Shown: one piece after another, positions 8,927 to 18,447 of the stretch | Layout of the letters: each line of letters starts with the position of its first letter | Numbering within the stretch: position 1 is the stretch's first letter | Assembly (NCBI GenBank): GCA_942492595.1 | Contig: CALOFK010000003.1 | Span: 677,554 to 741,553 of the forward strand | Direction: 5' to 3' | Source of the DNA: an uncultured Marinilabiliaceae bacterium | Lineage (GTDB): Bacteria; Bacteroidota; Bacteroidia; Bacteroidales; VadinHA17 | DNA length: 64,000 bases | Translations under genes and position numbers: made by a program | The notes under the pieces: model-generated | What the model was told of the DNA's origin: nothing | The model's input: only the letters and a program-made list of their open reading frames with translations | The model's database searches: none

Positions 8927-11230
8927 ATGTCTTTAGAATACCTGGATGAACTAAATGAGGCGCAGAAACAGGCTGTTGTTAACAGCGACGGACCGGCGCT
9001 GGTTATTGCCGGAGCCGGATCAGGTAAAACACGTGTCCTTACCTATAGAATTGCCCATCTCTTAAACAGTGGTGTAGAAGCCGGATCTATACTGGCCCTT
9101 ACATTTACCAATAAGGCGGCAGGTGAAATGAAAGACAGGATTATTTCACTGGCAGGATATAATAATGCCCGATATTTATGGATGGGTACTTTCCATTCAA
9201 TTTTTGCAAGAATTCTTCGAAGCGAAGCCGATAAACTGGGCTACCCTTCGGCTTATACTATCTACGACACTACCGATTCGCGCAGCCTGATAAAAACTAT
9301 TATCAAAGAGATGAACCTCGACGATAAAGTTTATAAGCCGGCAGGTGTTGCTGCAAGAATATCGGCTGCAAAAAACAATCTTATTACCGCTTCTACATAC
9401 TCATCAAACAGTGAAATAATTGAAAAAGACAGGTCTGCAAAGGCACCTCATCTCGCAGAGATTTATAAAATATACGCGGCAAGGTGCTTTAAGGCAGGAG
9501 CTATGGATTTTGATGATCTACTGCTTAATACCAATATATTGTTTCGTGATTTTCCCGAAGTGCTTCAGAAATACAGGGAAAGATTCAGATATGTACTTGT
9601 TGATGAATACCAGGATACAAATTATTCACAATATTTAATTATCAATAAACTTTCCGAAAGTCATCGTAATATCTGTGTTGTGGGCGACGATGCACAGAGC
9701 ATTTACTCTTTCAGAGGTGCCAGGATTGAAAATATACTTAACTTCAGAAAAGATTACCCCGACTACAAAATATATAAACTGGAACAGAACTACAGATCAA
9801 CAAAAACTATTGTAAAGGCTGCTAACAGCGTTATTCATAAGAACCAGGGGCAGATAAAAAAGACCATTTTCTCTGAAAAGAGTACCGGAGATAAAATAAG
9901 GGTAATAAGATCAATGACAGATGCTGAGGAGGGATTTAAAATAGCATCAGATATTTTTGACCGTAGCCTAAGACAGCAATTAAACTGGAGCGACTTTGCC
10001 ATATTATATCGGACCAATGCCCAGTCCAGGATTTTTGAAGAAACTCTCAGGAAAAGAAATGTACCATATAAGATTTATGGAGGTCAGTCCTTTTTCGAAA
10101 GAAAAGAGGTTAAGGATATACTGGCATATTTCAGGATGGTAGTAAATCCCAAAGATGAAGAAGCACTTAAGAGAACAATAAATTATCCTAAAAGAGGTAT
10201 TGGTAAGACAACTATCGACAGGATATTTGAGGCTGCCAATAAGTATGAGATTCCTGCATGGGCTATTATCTCGCACCCCGACAAATGGCAATCACTGTTT
10301 ACCGCTGCTACATGGAAAAGAATAACAGTCTATGCCGAACTGATAAACAGGATATTACAATCGGCATCCAGCATGAATGCTTATGATCTTGCACTGAAGA
10401 TTTCATCTGAAGCTGGCATAAAGAGGGATCTCGGTGAGGGCAGATCTCCGGAAGAAATCAGCAGGTATGAAAATTTCCAGGAACTACTAAACGCTGTTAA
10501 GGAATTTACGGAGTCGGCCGAAACTAATGGCGAAGCTGCTAACCTTGAGGCCTATCTTGAAACCGTAGCCCTGCTTACCGATCAGGACACCGATGGTGAG
10601 TCAGATATAAACAAAGTAACACTAATGACTGTACACTCAGCCAAGGGACTGGAATACAGGATGGTTTATGTCGTCGGGCTGGAGGAAAATCTATTTCCAT
10701 CGCTAATGGCAATGGGAACAAACAGGGAGATAGAGGAAGAAAGAAGACTTTTTTATGTTGCTATTACAAGGGCAATGGAGGGTCTATGCCTTAGCTACGC
10801 CGAAAACAGGTATAAGTGGGGTAATCTTGAGATCTGTAAACCAAGTATGTTCCTGAGCGAGATTAATGAAGAATTCCTGGAGCTGCCGGGTCCTGTAGCT
10901 TCAAGACCAACTACAAAAGACAGCTACAGACCGAGGGCACAGAGAAGTTTCGGAAAGAGTACAGGGGAGAAACAGCCAGAATACAAACCACATGGCAAAA
11001 AAAGCCTTACTAATATTAGCTCTGTAAAGGGTAAAAGTGAAAACTTTGAATACACAACTGATCTAGAAAAGATAATGCCTGGAATAAGAGTGTCTCACGA
11101 AAGATTCGGTGCCGGCGAAGTTATTTCGATCGATGGCAGGCCTCCAAATACAACTGCATTAGTCAGGTTCGATTCTGTAGGAGAAAAAAAGCTCCTCCTG
11201 CGTTTTGCTAAACTTAGAATAGAAATATAA
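8927..11230 (+). CDS. UvrD/PcrA/Rep-family ATP-dependent DNA helicase
   Basis: 767 aa with Walker A GAGSGKT, motif II VDEYQDT, QNYRS, and VHSAKGLEY near the C-terminus. Confidence 0.95.
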   Translation: MSLEYLDELNEAQKQAVVNSDGPALVIAGAGSGKTRVLTYRIAHLLNSGVEAGSILALTFTNKAAGEMKDRIISLAGYNNARYLWMGTFHSIFARILRSEADKLGYPSAYTIYDTTDSRSLIKTIIKEMNLDDKVYKPAGVAARISAAKNNLITASTYSSNSEIIEKDRSAKAPHLAEIYKIYAARCFKAGAMDFDDLLLNTNILFRDFPEVLQKYRERFRYVLVDEYQDTNYSQYLIINKLSESHRNICVVGDDAQSIYSFRGARIENILNFRKDYPDYKIYKLEQNYRSTKTIVKAANSVIHKNQGQIKKTIFSEKSTGDKIRVIRSMTDAEEGFKIASDIFDRSLRQQLNWSDFAILYRTNAQSRIFEETLRKRNVPYKIYGGQSFFERKEVKDILAYFRMVVNPKDEEALKRTINYPKRGIGKTTIDRIFEAANKYEIPAWAIISHPDKWQSLFTAATWKRITVYAELINRILQSASSMNAYDLALKISSEAGIKRDLGEGRSPEEISRYENFQELLNAVKEFTESAETNGEAANLEAYLETVALLTDQDTDGESDINKVTLMTVHSAKGLEYRMVYVVGLEENLFPSLMAMGTNREIEEERRLFYVAITRAMEGLCLSYAENRYKWGNLEICKPSMFLSEINEEFLELPGPVASRPTTKDSYRPRAQRSFGKSTGEKQPEYKPHGKKSLTNISSVKGKSENFEYTTDLEKIMPGIRVSHERFGAGEVISIDGRPPNTTALVRFDSVGEKKLLLRFAKLRIEI

Positions 11231-11233
11231 CTC

Positions 11234-11264
11234 AAAGAGGCTCTCCGTGGAGAGCCTCTTTTTG
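11234..11264. terminator. Rho-independent terminator after the helicase gene (shared with a convergent gene)
   Basis: Stem AGAGGCTCTCC (11236-11246) / GGAGAGCCTCT (11249-11259) followed by TTTTT. Confidence 0.75.
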
Positions 11265-11284
11265 AAAGTGTAACGGTCAGGTTA

Positions 11285-11956
11285 CTATAAAACAGGTTCT
11301 TCTCCCTTTTCTTCAAGGATATCCTGGTAGAGAACTGCAAATGAACTCGATACCCACATAATGGCAGGAAATATTCCGACGATAAGTAATACTAATCCGA
11401 ATATTACGATAAAAATTGAAACCAGTCCCATGGCAAAGATGGTCCAACCATAACCTTTTGTAAGCCTCCAACTCTCCTCAATTGCTGCAACCGGATCAAG
11501 ATTGCGGTCCATCACCAGGTAGGAAACAAAGGCTAATCTGCAGCCTATTATTATTCCGGGTATAATTAAGAAGATAATTCCCATAAATACCAGTGCGAAT
11601 ACAAGGAGGCTGGATAATATAATATTCAGGTAATTCGCCGTAAAACCTTTTATCAGCCAGTTAAAGTCTATGTCCTTCTTTCTGACAGCATGAACAAACA
11701 GGATATCGCTTCCATATGTAAATACCGGTACTATAAGAAAGGAATAGAACAACGCAAATACTGCAAACAGGGCTACTCCTACATTAAAACCGCCAACATC
11801 AATTTTTATCCTTACTATTTGCGAGGGCCCCTGAACCAGGCCAACTACTAATATAATCAAGAGAAGCCTGAGAAAATTATCTCCCATTACCTGCATTCCC
11901 TGCCCGAAGCTTCTGCCAAAAGATGGTCTTGAGTCAATTGAATTATTTGTTTCCAT
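11285..11956 (-). CDS. Integral membrane protein of unknown function
   Basis: It has 5-6 predicted hydrophobic helices. The start is probably METNN at 11956; the listed GTG at 11998 adds 14 aa. I recognise no catalytic motif. Confidence 0.6.
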   Translation of the reverse strand: METNNSIDSRPSFGRSFGQGMQVMGDNFLRLLLIILVVGLVQGPSQIVRIKIDVGGFNVGVALFAVFALFYSFLIVPVFTYGSDILFVHAVRKKDIDFNWLIKGFTANYLNIILSSLLVFALVFMGIIFLIIPGIIIGCRLAFVSYLVMDRNLDPVAAIEESWRLTKGYGWTIFAMGLVSIFIVIFGLVLLIVGIFPAIMWVSSSFAVLYQDILEEKGEEPVL

Positions 11957-12011
11957 AGCATGATAAATTTTCTGAATCAAATATATAAAGCGTAACACGA
12001 AAATGCTTAAT

Positions 12012-12070
12012 ACTTTAGTAGTGATAACTAATTTTCCTACTTAGGTATGCAGTTAATAACTTTAGTAGTG
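12012..12070 (+). promoter_or_regulatory. Direct repeat pair ACTTTAGTAGTG x2 upstream of the membrane LuxR-type regulator
   Basis: The perfect 12-mer occurs at 12012-12023 and 12059-12070, each preceded by TTAATA(A). The downstream copy ends 60 nt before the ATG at 12130. Confidence 0.25.
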
Positions 12071-12129
12071 CTTAGTTTTGACAGTAATAAATAATTAAAT
12101 CTTTTGTTAAGGTTTAATACCTTTACTTA

Positions 12130-13056
12130 ATGCTAGAATACTCCTCATACGCAATATTTAGTCTGACAGTAGGACTGTCGGCATTTGGAATAATGCTGGC
12201 AATTGAGATGAGGAAGCATTACCCCCAAAAACTAACAGCAGCTCTGATATATTACCAGGTTTTTGTGGCAGCATTTGGATTTTACGGTTTATGGGGACAG
12301 GCGGTATTCAATATTTATTTCGATGAACTTTTAAATGACGAAGTCAGGGCACGTATATCGACTGTTGCTACCCTTCAGGGCTTTCCGTTTATGATTCTTG
12401 GCTGGTATATGCTTTCAAGATTTGCCAGGGAGATATTGCAAAAGAAGACAGGAGCTGCATTTAATATTACCTTTATTATGTTCTCGGCCATTTCATTTGG
12501 CGCCCTGATATGGTTTATATCACAACCCGATAGCGAACCGGGATTATTCTACTATATATTTTACACCAGCCTGTCAATTATTATACAGGGAGGTGTAACT
12601 TTATCGCTTATTGTTTTTAGTCCGGGTAATAAAAGAATCAGCAGGAGGAAGCTTCTACTCCTTTCACTGTTTATACTCTTACTTACATCGGGCCAGTTAC
12701 TGATATTAAATCTGAGCGGAATGGACTCATATTACGCTCTTGGTTTTATACTTTTATTCTACCTACTGCACTCAGGTACGGTGATAATTGTTAGATACAG
12801 TAATGTTCTCAAGCCACTCAGGGATTCTAATAATCTAAATAAGACATTTTCCGAATTCTGCAAGGAATACGAAATTTCTCCCAGAGAATCAGATATAATA
12901 AAGGAAATATGTAAGGGCCTTACAAACAAGGAAATATCCGAATCACTCTTTATCAGTATTCAGACAGTAAAAGACCATTCCCATCGCATCTATATTAAAA
13001 CAGGTTCACGTAACAGGGTTGAGCTGATAAACCGGCTGAAGGGAGTACTGGAATAA
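12130..13056 (+). CDS. Polytopic membrane protein with C-terminal LuxR/GerE-type HTH
   Basis: The N-terminal ~220 aa contain about 6-7 hydrophobic helices. The C-terminal SPRESDIIKEICKGLTNKEISESLFISIQTVKDHSHRIYIKTGSRNRVELI is a LuxR_C-like HTH. Confidence 0.8.
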   Translation: MLEYSSYAIFSLTVGLSAFGIMLAIEMRKHYPQKLTAALIYYQVFVAAFGFYGLWGQAVFNIYFDELLNDEVRARISTVATLQGFPFMILGWYMLSRFAREILQKKTGAAFNITFIMFSAISFGALIWFISQPDSEPGLFYYIFYTSLSIIIQGGVTLSLIVFSPGNKRISRRKLLLLSLFILLLTSGQLLILNLSGMDSYYALGFILLFYLLHSGTVIIVRYSNVLKPLRDSNNLNKTFSEFCKEYEISPRESDIIKEICKGLTNKEISESLFISIQTVKDHSHRIYIKTGSRNRVELINRLKGVLE

Positions 13057-13096
13057 TAGCAAGTGCGAACTTAGTAAAAAGGCTCTATCCGGGCAA

Positions 13097-13948
13097 TTAA
13101 TATCCTTCTCCTCCTACATTCATTATCATATACCCATCAACTGATACAGCCTTGCTGTAATTCATATCGATATCTTTAACAAGCATCTTCATTACCAGCC
13201 TTTCGTCCTCAAAAGATTCCATCTCAATCATCATCCCCATACCGTCTTTCCCTCCGTACCACACAGGCATTCCTGCCTTTTCCATCTGTTTTCTATCGAC
13301 TTTATAGTGCAGGTCGTTGGTAATCCACATGCTCATACTGGTCTCATCTTCAGTATATGTGTATTCATCACACTTATAGCCGGAAATAGTCCTGGTTCGA
13401 CCGGTTTTAGTATATTCAGGAATATCAGATTCCTCCGCATCTTCATTATATATCTCCTCATCATACATATCTTCATCAATATCCATAGCTGTTACAAAAG
13501 CCGTCTTCTGATCGCCCTGGGAACTAAGCATAACTGCACTTTTGTTCTTCTGGTCGAAAACCATTGTCATAACCGACATACCCGACTGCGAAGCTTCTCC
13601 TGAAACCGGCTTAACCTCAATAGCGGCATTACCTGTGGTCTCATTAAAATATGAATAGTAATCGATTACCGATTCTTCTACGCTATCTTCATCATAAACT
13701 GTCATTTCTAATATTATCCTGCCAGTGAAGTTGTAATTCTCATCATAGGCAGCATCACCGCCCCCAAGCAGTCCCATAAGCGTTTTGCCCGGATTAGCAT
13801 TCTCCTTTTTCTCATCTTTCTTTTCATCAGCCGCAGCCTGGGTGGCCTCCTGTAATTTTTTCTTTAACAATTTACCTACCTGCGCATCTGCTGATGTCGG
13901 AAAAAGAAAAACGATGCATATAACAAGAGGAATAATATTTCTTTTCAT
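13097..13948 (-). CDS. Secreted hypothetical protein (possibly DUF4412-like)
   Basis: 283 aa with signal peptide ...TSADA/QV, a K/E-rich linker and an acidic beta-rich body. The family assignment is uncertain. Confidence 0.55.
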   Translation of the reverse strand: MKRNIIPLVICIVFLFPTSADAQVGKLLKKKLQEATQAAADEKKDEKKENANPGKTLMGLLGGGDAAYDENYNFTGRIILEMTVYDEDSVEESVIDYYSYFNETTGNAAIEVKPVSGEASQSGMSVMTMVFDQKNKSAVMLSSQGDQKTAFVTAMDIDEDMYDEEIYNEDAEESDIPEYTKTGRTRTISGYKCDEYTYTEDETSMSMWITNDLHYKVDRKQMEKAGMPVWYGGKDGMGMMIEMESFEDERLVMKMLVKDIDMNYSKAVSVDGYMIMNVGGEGY

Positions 13949-14008
13949 ATCACAATTAATTTAAGTTAGGTAGTTCAAAGATAATAATAAGAATTAAAGA
14001 GCGGAAAA

Positions 14009-14056
14009 GTTTGGGTGTTCGGGTATTCGGATGTTCGGGTATTTGGGTTTTAGTGA
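14009..14056. repeat. G/T-rich intergenic repeat with four GGG tracts and a 12-bp direct repeat
   Basis: TGTTCGGGTATT occurs at 14016-14027 and 14032-14043. GGG tracts lie at 14013, 14021, 14037 and 14045. The ending GTTTTAGTGATGG resembles the other GTTTAG/GTGATGG repeats in the window. Confidence 0.6.
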
Positions 14057-14069
14057 TGGATAATAAGTG

Positions 14070-14702
14070 TTATAATGCAAGAAATACTATCAGCGGACCT
14101 TCTTCAAATTGAAGGCTAAAGAAGTCAGCTGTGCATTCGTTAAGCGTGCCCGTCCATAGCTTATCCAGCAGAAGCTTTTCAAGTGGATATTTTAAATTTC
14201 TCGAATCTGCCCTGGTATTATTGACGAATGAAAATATTGAAATCTGCTGGCCCGGGAAGGACCTGATTCTCTCTCCCGGATTTACCGGTACAAAAATACC
14301 TGTATCTGTCACCATCCTAACGGCAAGGAATTCAGAATATTCAGCCAGAAGGGAGATATTACCCAGGGTATGATCTTCCCTGTATCCACTTGATCCAAGT
14401 ATCACGATATCAGTATACCCTCTACTTATGCAATACTTAACTGCCTTGGTAAGATCATTAGTATTTTCATCGCTGTCGGGGTGCAGAATATTTGAATATT
14501 GTACTTTTAGCTTATCACTTATCGAATCCATATCTCCTACGATAGCATCAGGTTCCAGACCATGAGCCACGAGATTTTCCACGGCTCCATCGCAGCAAAT
14601 TATCTTATCAGCATTTTTCAGGTAGCCTGTGGGAACGTCCGACTCAGGAAATTTCCCATTAGCAAGAATTACTACTTTTTCCATCTTAGCTCCTTTCTCC
14701 AT
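14070..14702 (-). CDS. Thiamine diphosphokinase (thiamine pyrophosphokinase)
   Basis: It has the TPK pattern VILANG...IICCDGA...IVGDMDSI...DQD-like NTNDLTKA. It is the last gene of the riboswitch-controlled thiamine operon. An alternative start is at 14684. Confidence 0.85.
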   Translation of the reverse strand: MEKGAKMEKVVILANGKFPESDVPTGYLKNADKIICCDGAVENLVAHGLEPDAIVGDMDSISDKLKVQYSNILHPDSDENTNDLTKAVKYCISRGYTDIVILGSSGYREDHTLGNISLLAEYSEFLAVRMVTDTGIFVPVNPGERIRSFPGQQISIFSFVNNTRADSRNLKYPLEKLLLDKLWTGTLNECTADFFSLQFEEGPLIVFLAL

Positions 14703-15343
14703 TCAAGATAACCAATAATAGCCATTACACCATAGACAATAAACAGTATTACTGTTGGATAAAGGCCTTTATAAATATATAAGCAAACTGATACAACATT
14801 AACTATCATCCATAAGTACCAGTGTTCAATTATTTTCCTTGCAAGCATCCAGGTGGCGGTAATTGATAGAGCAGTAGTAAATGCATCCCATCCGGGGATA
14901 GTTGAATCAGTAAATTTCACAAGAATTATCCAGATTATAAAAAAAAGAATCGCAGTAACTATTATAAGACTCAATCCCATACTTAAGCTTATTCTGCTTA
15001 TCGATAGTTTCGATCCAGCTCCTTTATTCTCCTCTTCTCTCTCTTCCATTAACCTCTTCTCTTCATTGCTGCCTGCTCCCTGCTTTGTAGTCCCAATCTG
15101 CTCTGCATCGAAGGAGCGCTCCCTGCTCCATATTATCCATCCATATACACTAATAAAAAGATAATACCATTGCAGACCCATATCTGCATAAAACCCGGTA
15201 TTATAAAAGACATATATATAAATAGCTGATGTTACCAGGCCAAGAGGCCAGAGCCATATGTTTTGCTTTATCTCAAGAAAAACATATATAATACCTGTGA
15301 TGGCACCAAATATTTCAATGTAAGATCCTGTAAGCCAATCCAT
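14672..15343 (-). CDS. pnuC: PnuC-family transporter (thiamine-type PnuT inferred from context)
   Basis: The PnuC-like N-terminus is IEIFGAITGIIYVFLEIKQNIWLWPLG, with a W/Y-rich TM pattern. The gene lies between a TonB-dependent receptor and TPK, under a TPP riboswitch. Confidence 0.85.
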   Translation of the reverse strand: MDWLTGSYIEIFGAITGIIYVFLEIKQNIWLWPLGLVTSAIYIYVFYNTGFYADMGLQWYYLFISVYGWIIWSRERSFDAEQIGTTKQGAGSNEEKRLMEEREEENKGAGSKLSISRISLSMGLSLIIVTAILFFIIWIILVKFTDSTIPGWDAFTTALSITATWMLARKIIEHWYLWMIVNVVSVCLYIYKGLYPTVILFIVYGVMAIIGYLEWRKELRWKK

Positions 15344-15347
15344 TTAA

Positions 15348-17789
15348 TTAAAAATTCATTGTCAGCCTCAGCAGGTAATTAGTCCCGGCCTGGGGGAAAT
15401 AGTAGGCCCATGTATACTCCTGCATATCTTCGTACCAGTTGCCACCATAAGCATTACTTTCATAGAGCTTATTAAAAATATTGTTTACCAAAAACTGGAG
15501 ACTTATCTCGCTAAACTTCTCAAAACTAAAAGAATAGTCGAATCTGAGATTATTTACAAAATAGGGATCAAGGGACCTGTTTTCGCTCTGTGTATTATCA
15601 AAATACTGCATACCAACATACTTACTGATTAAGCTAATATCAAAATCTTTATAGGGATGAAGAGTAAGTATACCTGAGCCAATAAGAGAGGGAGAATAAG
15701 CAATATTAACATCCCCATGATAAATGGAAATTTCTTCTTCAGACCAATCGAAAGTATTGTAATTAATAGAATACTCTGTAAAGTTCTTTATAATGTTCCT
15801 GCTAAGAGTTATGCTGCCTGCCCATTCAATAAGATCTACAGGTTTTATTCCGAAAGAGAACTCTATCCCTGCCCTGTAGCTTGCATCAACATTTGTCATA
15901 ATGGGATAACCAACGTTACTCAGTTTACCAGTGGGCACCAGCTGGTCATTATACAGCATATAATATAAATTGACTCCTGCGGATATGCGAGAAAGGTTTA
16001 ATTCATAGCCCCCTTCAAAGTCATAAAGGGTCTCGGGAGCAGGGAAGGCAGAATCATCACCAGCAGCATCTTTATAGTTTGCTCTTGTAGGTTCCTTGTT
16101 AGCTACTGCAAAAGAAAGGTAAAAATCATTTTGTGAATTAAGTTTATAGAACAGACCGGCCTTAGGATTGAAAAAATTAAATTTTTCCGAAACGTAAAGA
16201 TCTCTCAGATCGTCATCATTGCCTGATATATAATAAGCAATGTTCCTGTATTGCAGATCACCATAAAAGCTTAGCTTATCACTAAGCCGATAATTAAGCT
16301 TAGAGTAGATATTAAACTCGTCCTTCTGACCGCCATTTATATACCATTGATGATTCATCTCGGTAGTACCGGCAAAACGCATCCAAATTAGTCTGCCAAA
16401 ATGATCACCTACATACCTGTTTGCAGCACCTCCAAATGAAAGTTCCATACGGGCATCCTTATAATTAAGGTTAAATACGCCTCCATAGTAATGATTATAC
16501 ATCCACTTCCTCCTGATAAGATCCGACCTGTCGAGATAAACATCTTCAATTAAGCCGTGAATTATCCAGTTTGGCAGGCCGTAATCGGCAAGGATCTGAT
16601 CTTCTTTATACTGTTCGTAATATCCTGAACCCTGTGTAAAATGGCCGGCACTTTTCAGGTATAATTTATCATTAATCTGCCAGTTATATATAAGGTGTAA
16701 ATGTGTTTGTGAATAGTTATCCTTCTGGCCGTAATAGTACTGCGTTCTACCATAGATATCGGTATATTCTCCTGCTGGATTATATGTACGGTTGGTCTTA
16801 AGGCTGTCGGCCGGAACACCCCACCAGCTAATCCCGGTAATTTCTTCACCATGAATAAAATTAGCTTTTATTATACTGGATTTCAGTCGGTATAATCCCG
16901 ACACGACTAAAGATCTGTGCTCGGAACCAGACCGGTCGATATATCCGTCGCTGTTTATTCCTGAGAATCTCATATCTATTTTAAACCTGTCTTTTAGCAG
17001 ACCGCTACCAAGTCTAATCGATGTTTTCTTCGTATTAAAGGATCCCATCGTGGCACTTATACTTGCATAGGGATCATCTGAAGGGTTCTCCATGGTGAGA
17101 TTTATACTTCCTCCAAACGAAGCGGCTCCATTTGTTGATGTTCCCACTCCTCTCTGGACCTGTATCTCTGAAAGGGAGGCTACGATATCGGGCGTATTTA
17201 CCCAGAAAACCTGCTGCGACTCTGAGTCATTCAAAGGAATTCCATCCAAGGTTACATTTATCCGGCTAGCATCAGTTCCCCTGATCCTGATACCCGTATA
17301 CCCAATGCCTGCACCAGCTTCAGATGTTTCGACTAGAGAGGGCACAAGTGTCAGCAGATAAGGCAGGTCCTGCCCTGTATTTATCCGTATTAATTCTTCT
17401 CTATTAATATCTGTAAATGCCACAGGTGTGGTTTGAGAGGCTTTCAATCCTCTGACAATAACCTCATCAGAAACAATGGTTGAAACACTAAGTGAAATAT
17501 TAAGTTCAGTATCTGATTTCACAGTAATATCGCCCTGATAAGTATTATAGCCTATATAAGAAACCTTGAGTATATATTCTCCCTGGGGGACTGCACTAAA
17601 GACAAAGCCGCCATCAATATCAGTATACGCACCAAGGTATGTGTCTGATATTATTACTGTTGCTCCAGAAAGCGCCTGTCCGTTTTCGTCTTGAACTTTT
17701 CCTGAAACCTTCCATCTTATATCATCCGGCAGGGCCATAATAATTATGTTCAGGAATAAAAAAGCAGATACCAACAGAGTCCTTTTCAT
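15348..17789 (-). CDS. TonB-dependent outer membrane receptor with N-terminal carboxypeptidase-regulatory-like domain
   Basis: 813 aa with a signal peptide and a CarbopepD_reg-like segment (GKVQDENGQALSGATVII). It has a plug-domain pattern (IRIRGTDASRINVTLDGIPLND) and a C-terminal aromatic beta-barrel end ...LRLTMNF. It is the first gene after the TPP riboswitch. Confidence 0.9.
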   Translation of the reverse strand: MKRTLLVSAFLFLNIIIMALPDDIRWKVSGKVQDENGQALSGATVIISDTYLGAYTDIDGGFVFSAVPQGEYILKVSYIGYNTYQGDITVKSDTELNISLSVSTIVSDEVIVRGLKASQTTPVAFTDINREELIRINTGQDLPYLLTLVPSLVETSEAGAGIGYTGIRIRGTDASRINVTLDGIPLNDSESQQVFWVNTPDIVASLSEIQVQRGVGTSTNGAASFGGSINLTMENPSDDPYASISATMGSFNTKKTSIRLGSGLLKDRFKIDMRFSGINSDGYIDRSGSEHRSLVVSGLYRLKSSIIKANFIHGEEITGISWWGVPADSLKTNRTYNPAGEYTDIYGRTQYYYGQKDNYSQTHLHLIYNWQINDKLYLKSAGHFTQGSGYYEQYKEDQILADYGLPNWIIHGLIEDVYLDRSDLIRRKWMYNHYYGGVFNLNYKDARMELSFGGAANRYVGDHFGRLIWMRFAGTTEMNHQWYINGGQKDEFNIYSKLNYRLSDKLSFYGDLQYRNIAYYISGNDDDLRDLYVSEKFNFFNPKAGLFYKLNSQNDFYLSFAVANKEPTRANYKDAAGDDSAFPAPETLYDFEGGYELNLSRISAGVNLYYMLYNDQLVPTGKLSNVGYPIMTNVDASYRAGIEFSFGIKPVDLIEWAGSITLSRNIIKNFTEYSINYNTFDWSEEEISIYHGDVNIAYSPSLIGSGILTLHPYKDFDISLISKYVGMQYFDNTQSENRSLDPYFVNNLRFDYSFSFEKFSEISLQFLVNNIFNKLYESNAYGGNWYEDMQEYTWAYYFPQAGTNYLLRLTMNF

Positions 17790-17829
17790 AGCATCATAAA
17801 TAAAAGATTACAAAAAAAAGATTGAGGTA

Positions 17830-17920
17830 AATCACCATCCCTACGCCGGCATTATCCGGATCAGGTTTTAAGGGTATGATCTCAGCCTGTTTTGAATGAG
17901 GCACCCCATCTTCTGACAGC
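17830..17920 (-). promoter_or_regulatory. TPP (THI-box) riboswitch
   Basis: The minus strand reads GGGGUGCCUCAUUCAAAACAGGCUGAGAUCAUACCCUUAAAACCUGAUCCGGAUAAUGCCGGCGUAGGGA. It contains the conserved GGGGUGC, CUGAGA, ACCCUU, ACCUGAUCCGGAUAAUGCCGGCGUAGGGA blocks. It lies 45-130 nt upstream of the receptor start codon, followed by a U-run. Confidence 0.92.
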
Positions 17921-18025
17921 AAATGTAGCACCTTTTTCTGAACTACATGAACTTTCTTGAAAATGACTAAGCCGGGAATAATAAAAGATTTTTCTACTTT
18001 TGAGCTGTCAATATAAAATAGTCCT

Positions 18026-18439
18026 ATGGATAAGCTTCTTACAAAGCTAAATTATAAAGGAGACAGCAGGATACTAATTCTTGAAGGGGAGCTTGGCTTC
18101 GTAAAAACATTTTCAAGGAAAATTAAGGGAACCCAGATTGATTCAGAAATTGACCCTAAGTTTTTATATAATTTCATTATTATTTTTGCAGGAACCTCAG
18201 AAGATGTCGACAGAACCTTCCCTGATGCGGTCCAGAATCTTTATGAAGATGGCATTATATGGTTTATATACCCTAGCAATCCTCTGGCTAATGATGAGAT
18301 AAGCCTTACCCGTAAGAAAGGATGGAATGTTTGCAAAGATTACGGTTTTGATGCAGTAAGGCATATATGTGTGGATGACAAGCTGAGTGCTACAAGGTTC
18401 AGAAATAAAAAGTTTATAAGACGTCGTCAGAAAGATTAA
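18026..18439 (+). CDS. Hypothetical cytoplasmic protein
   Basis: A 137-aa ORF with reasonable codon usage and no overlap. I recognise no motif. Confidence 0.5.
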   Translation: MDKLLTKLNYKGDSRILILEGELGFVKTFSRKIKGTQIDSEIDPKFLYNFIIIFAGTSEDVDRTFPDAVQNLYEDGIIWFIYPSNPLANDEISLTRKKGWNVCKDYGFDAVRHICVDDKLSATRFRNKKFIRRRQKD

Positions 18440-18447
18440 GCCAGCTT

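Noticed and set aside
17051-17066. TGGCAC-TTATAC-TTGC on the plus strand
   Set aside because: The spacer is 6 rather than 5 nt. It lies inside the TonB-dependent receptor gene on the antisense strand, with no downstream plus-strand gene.
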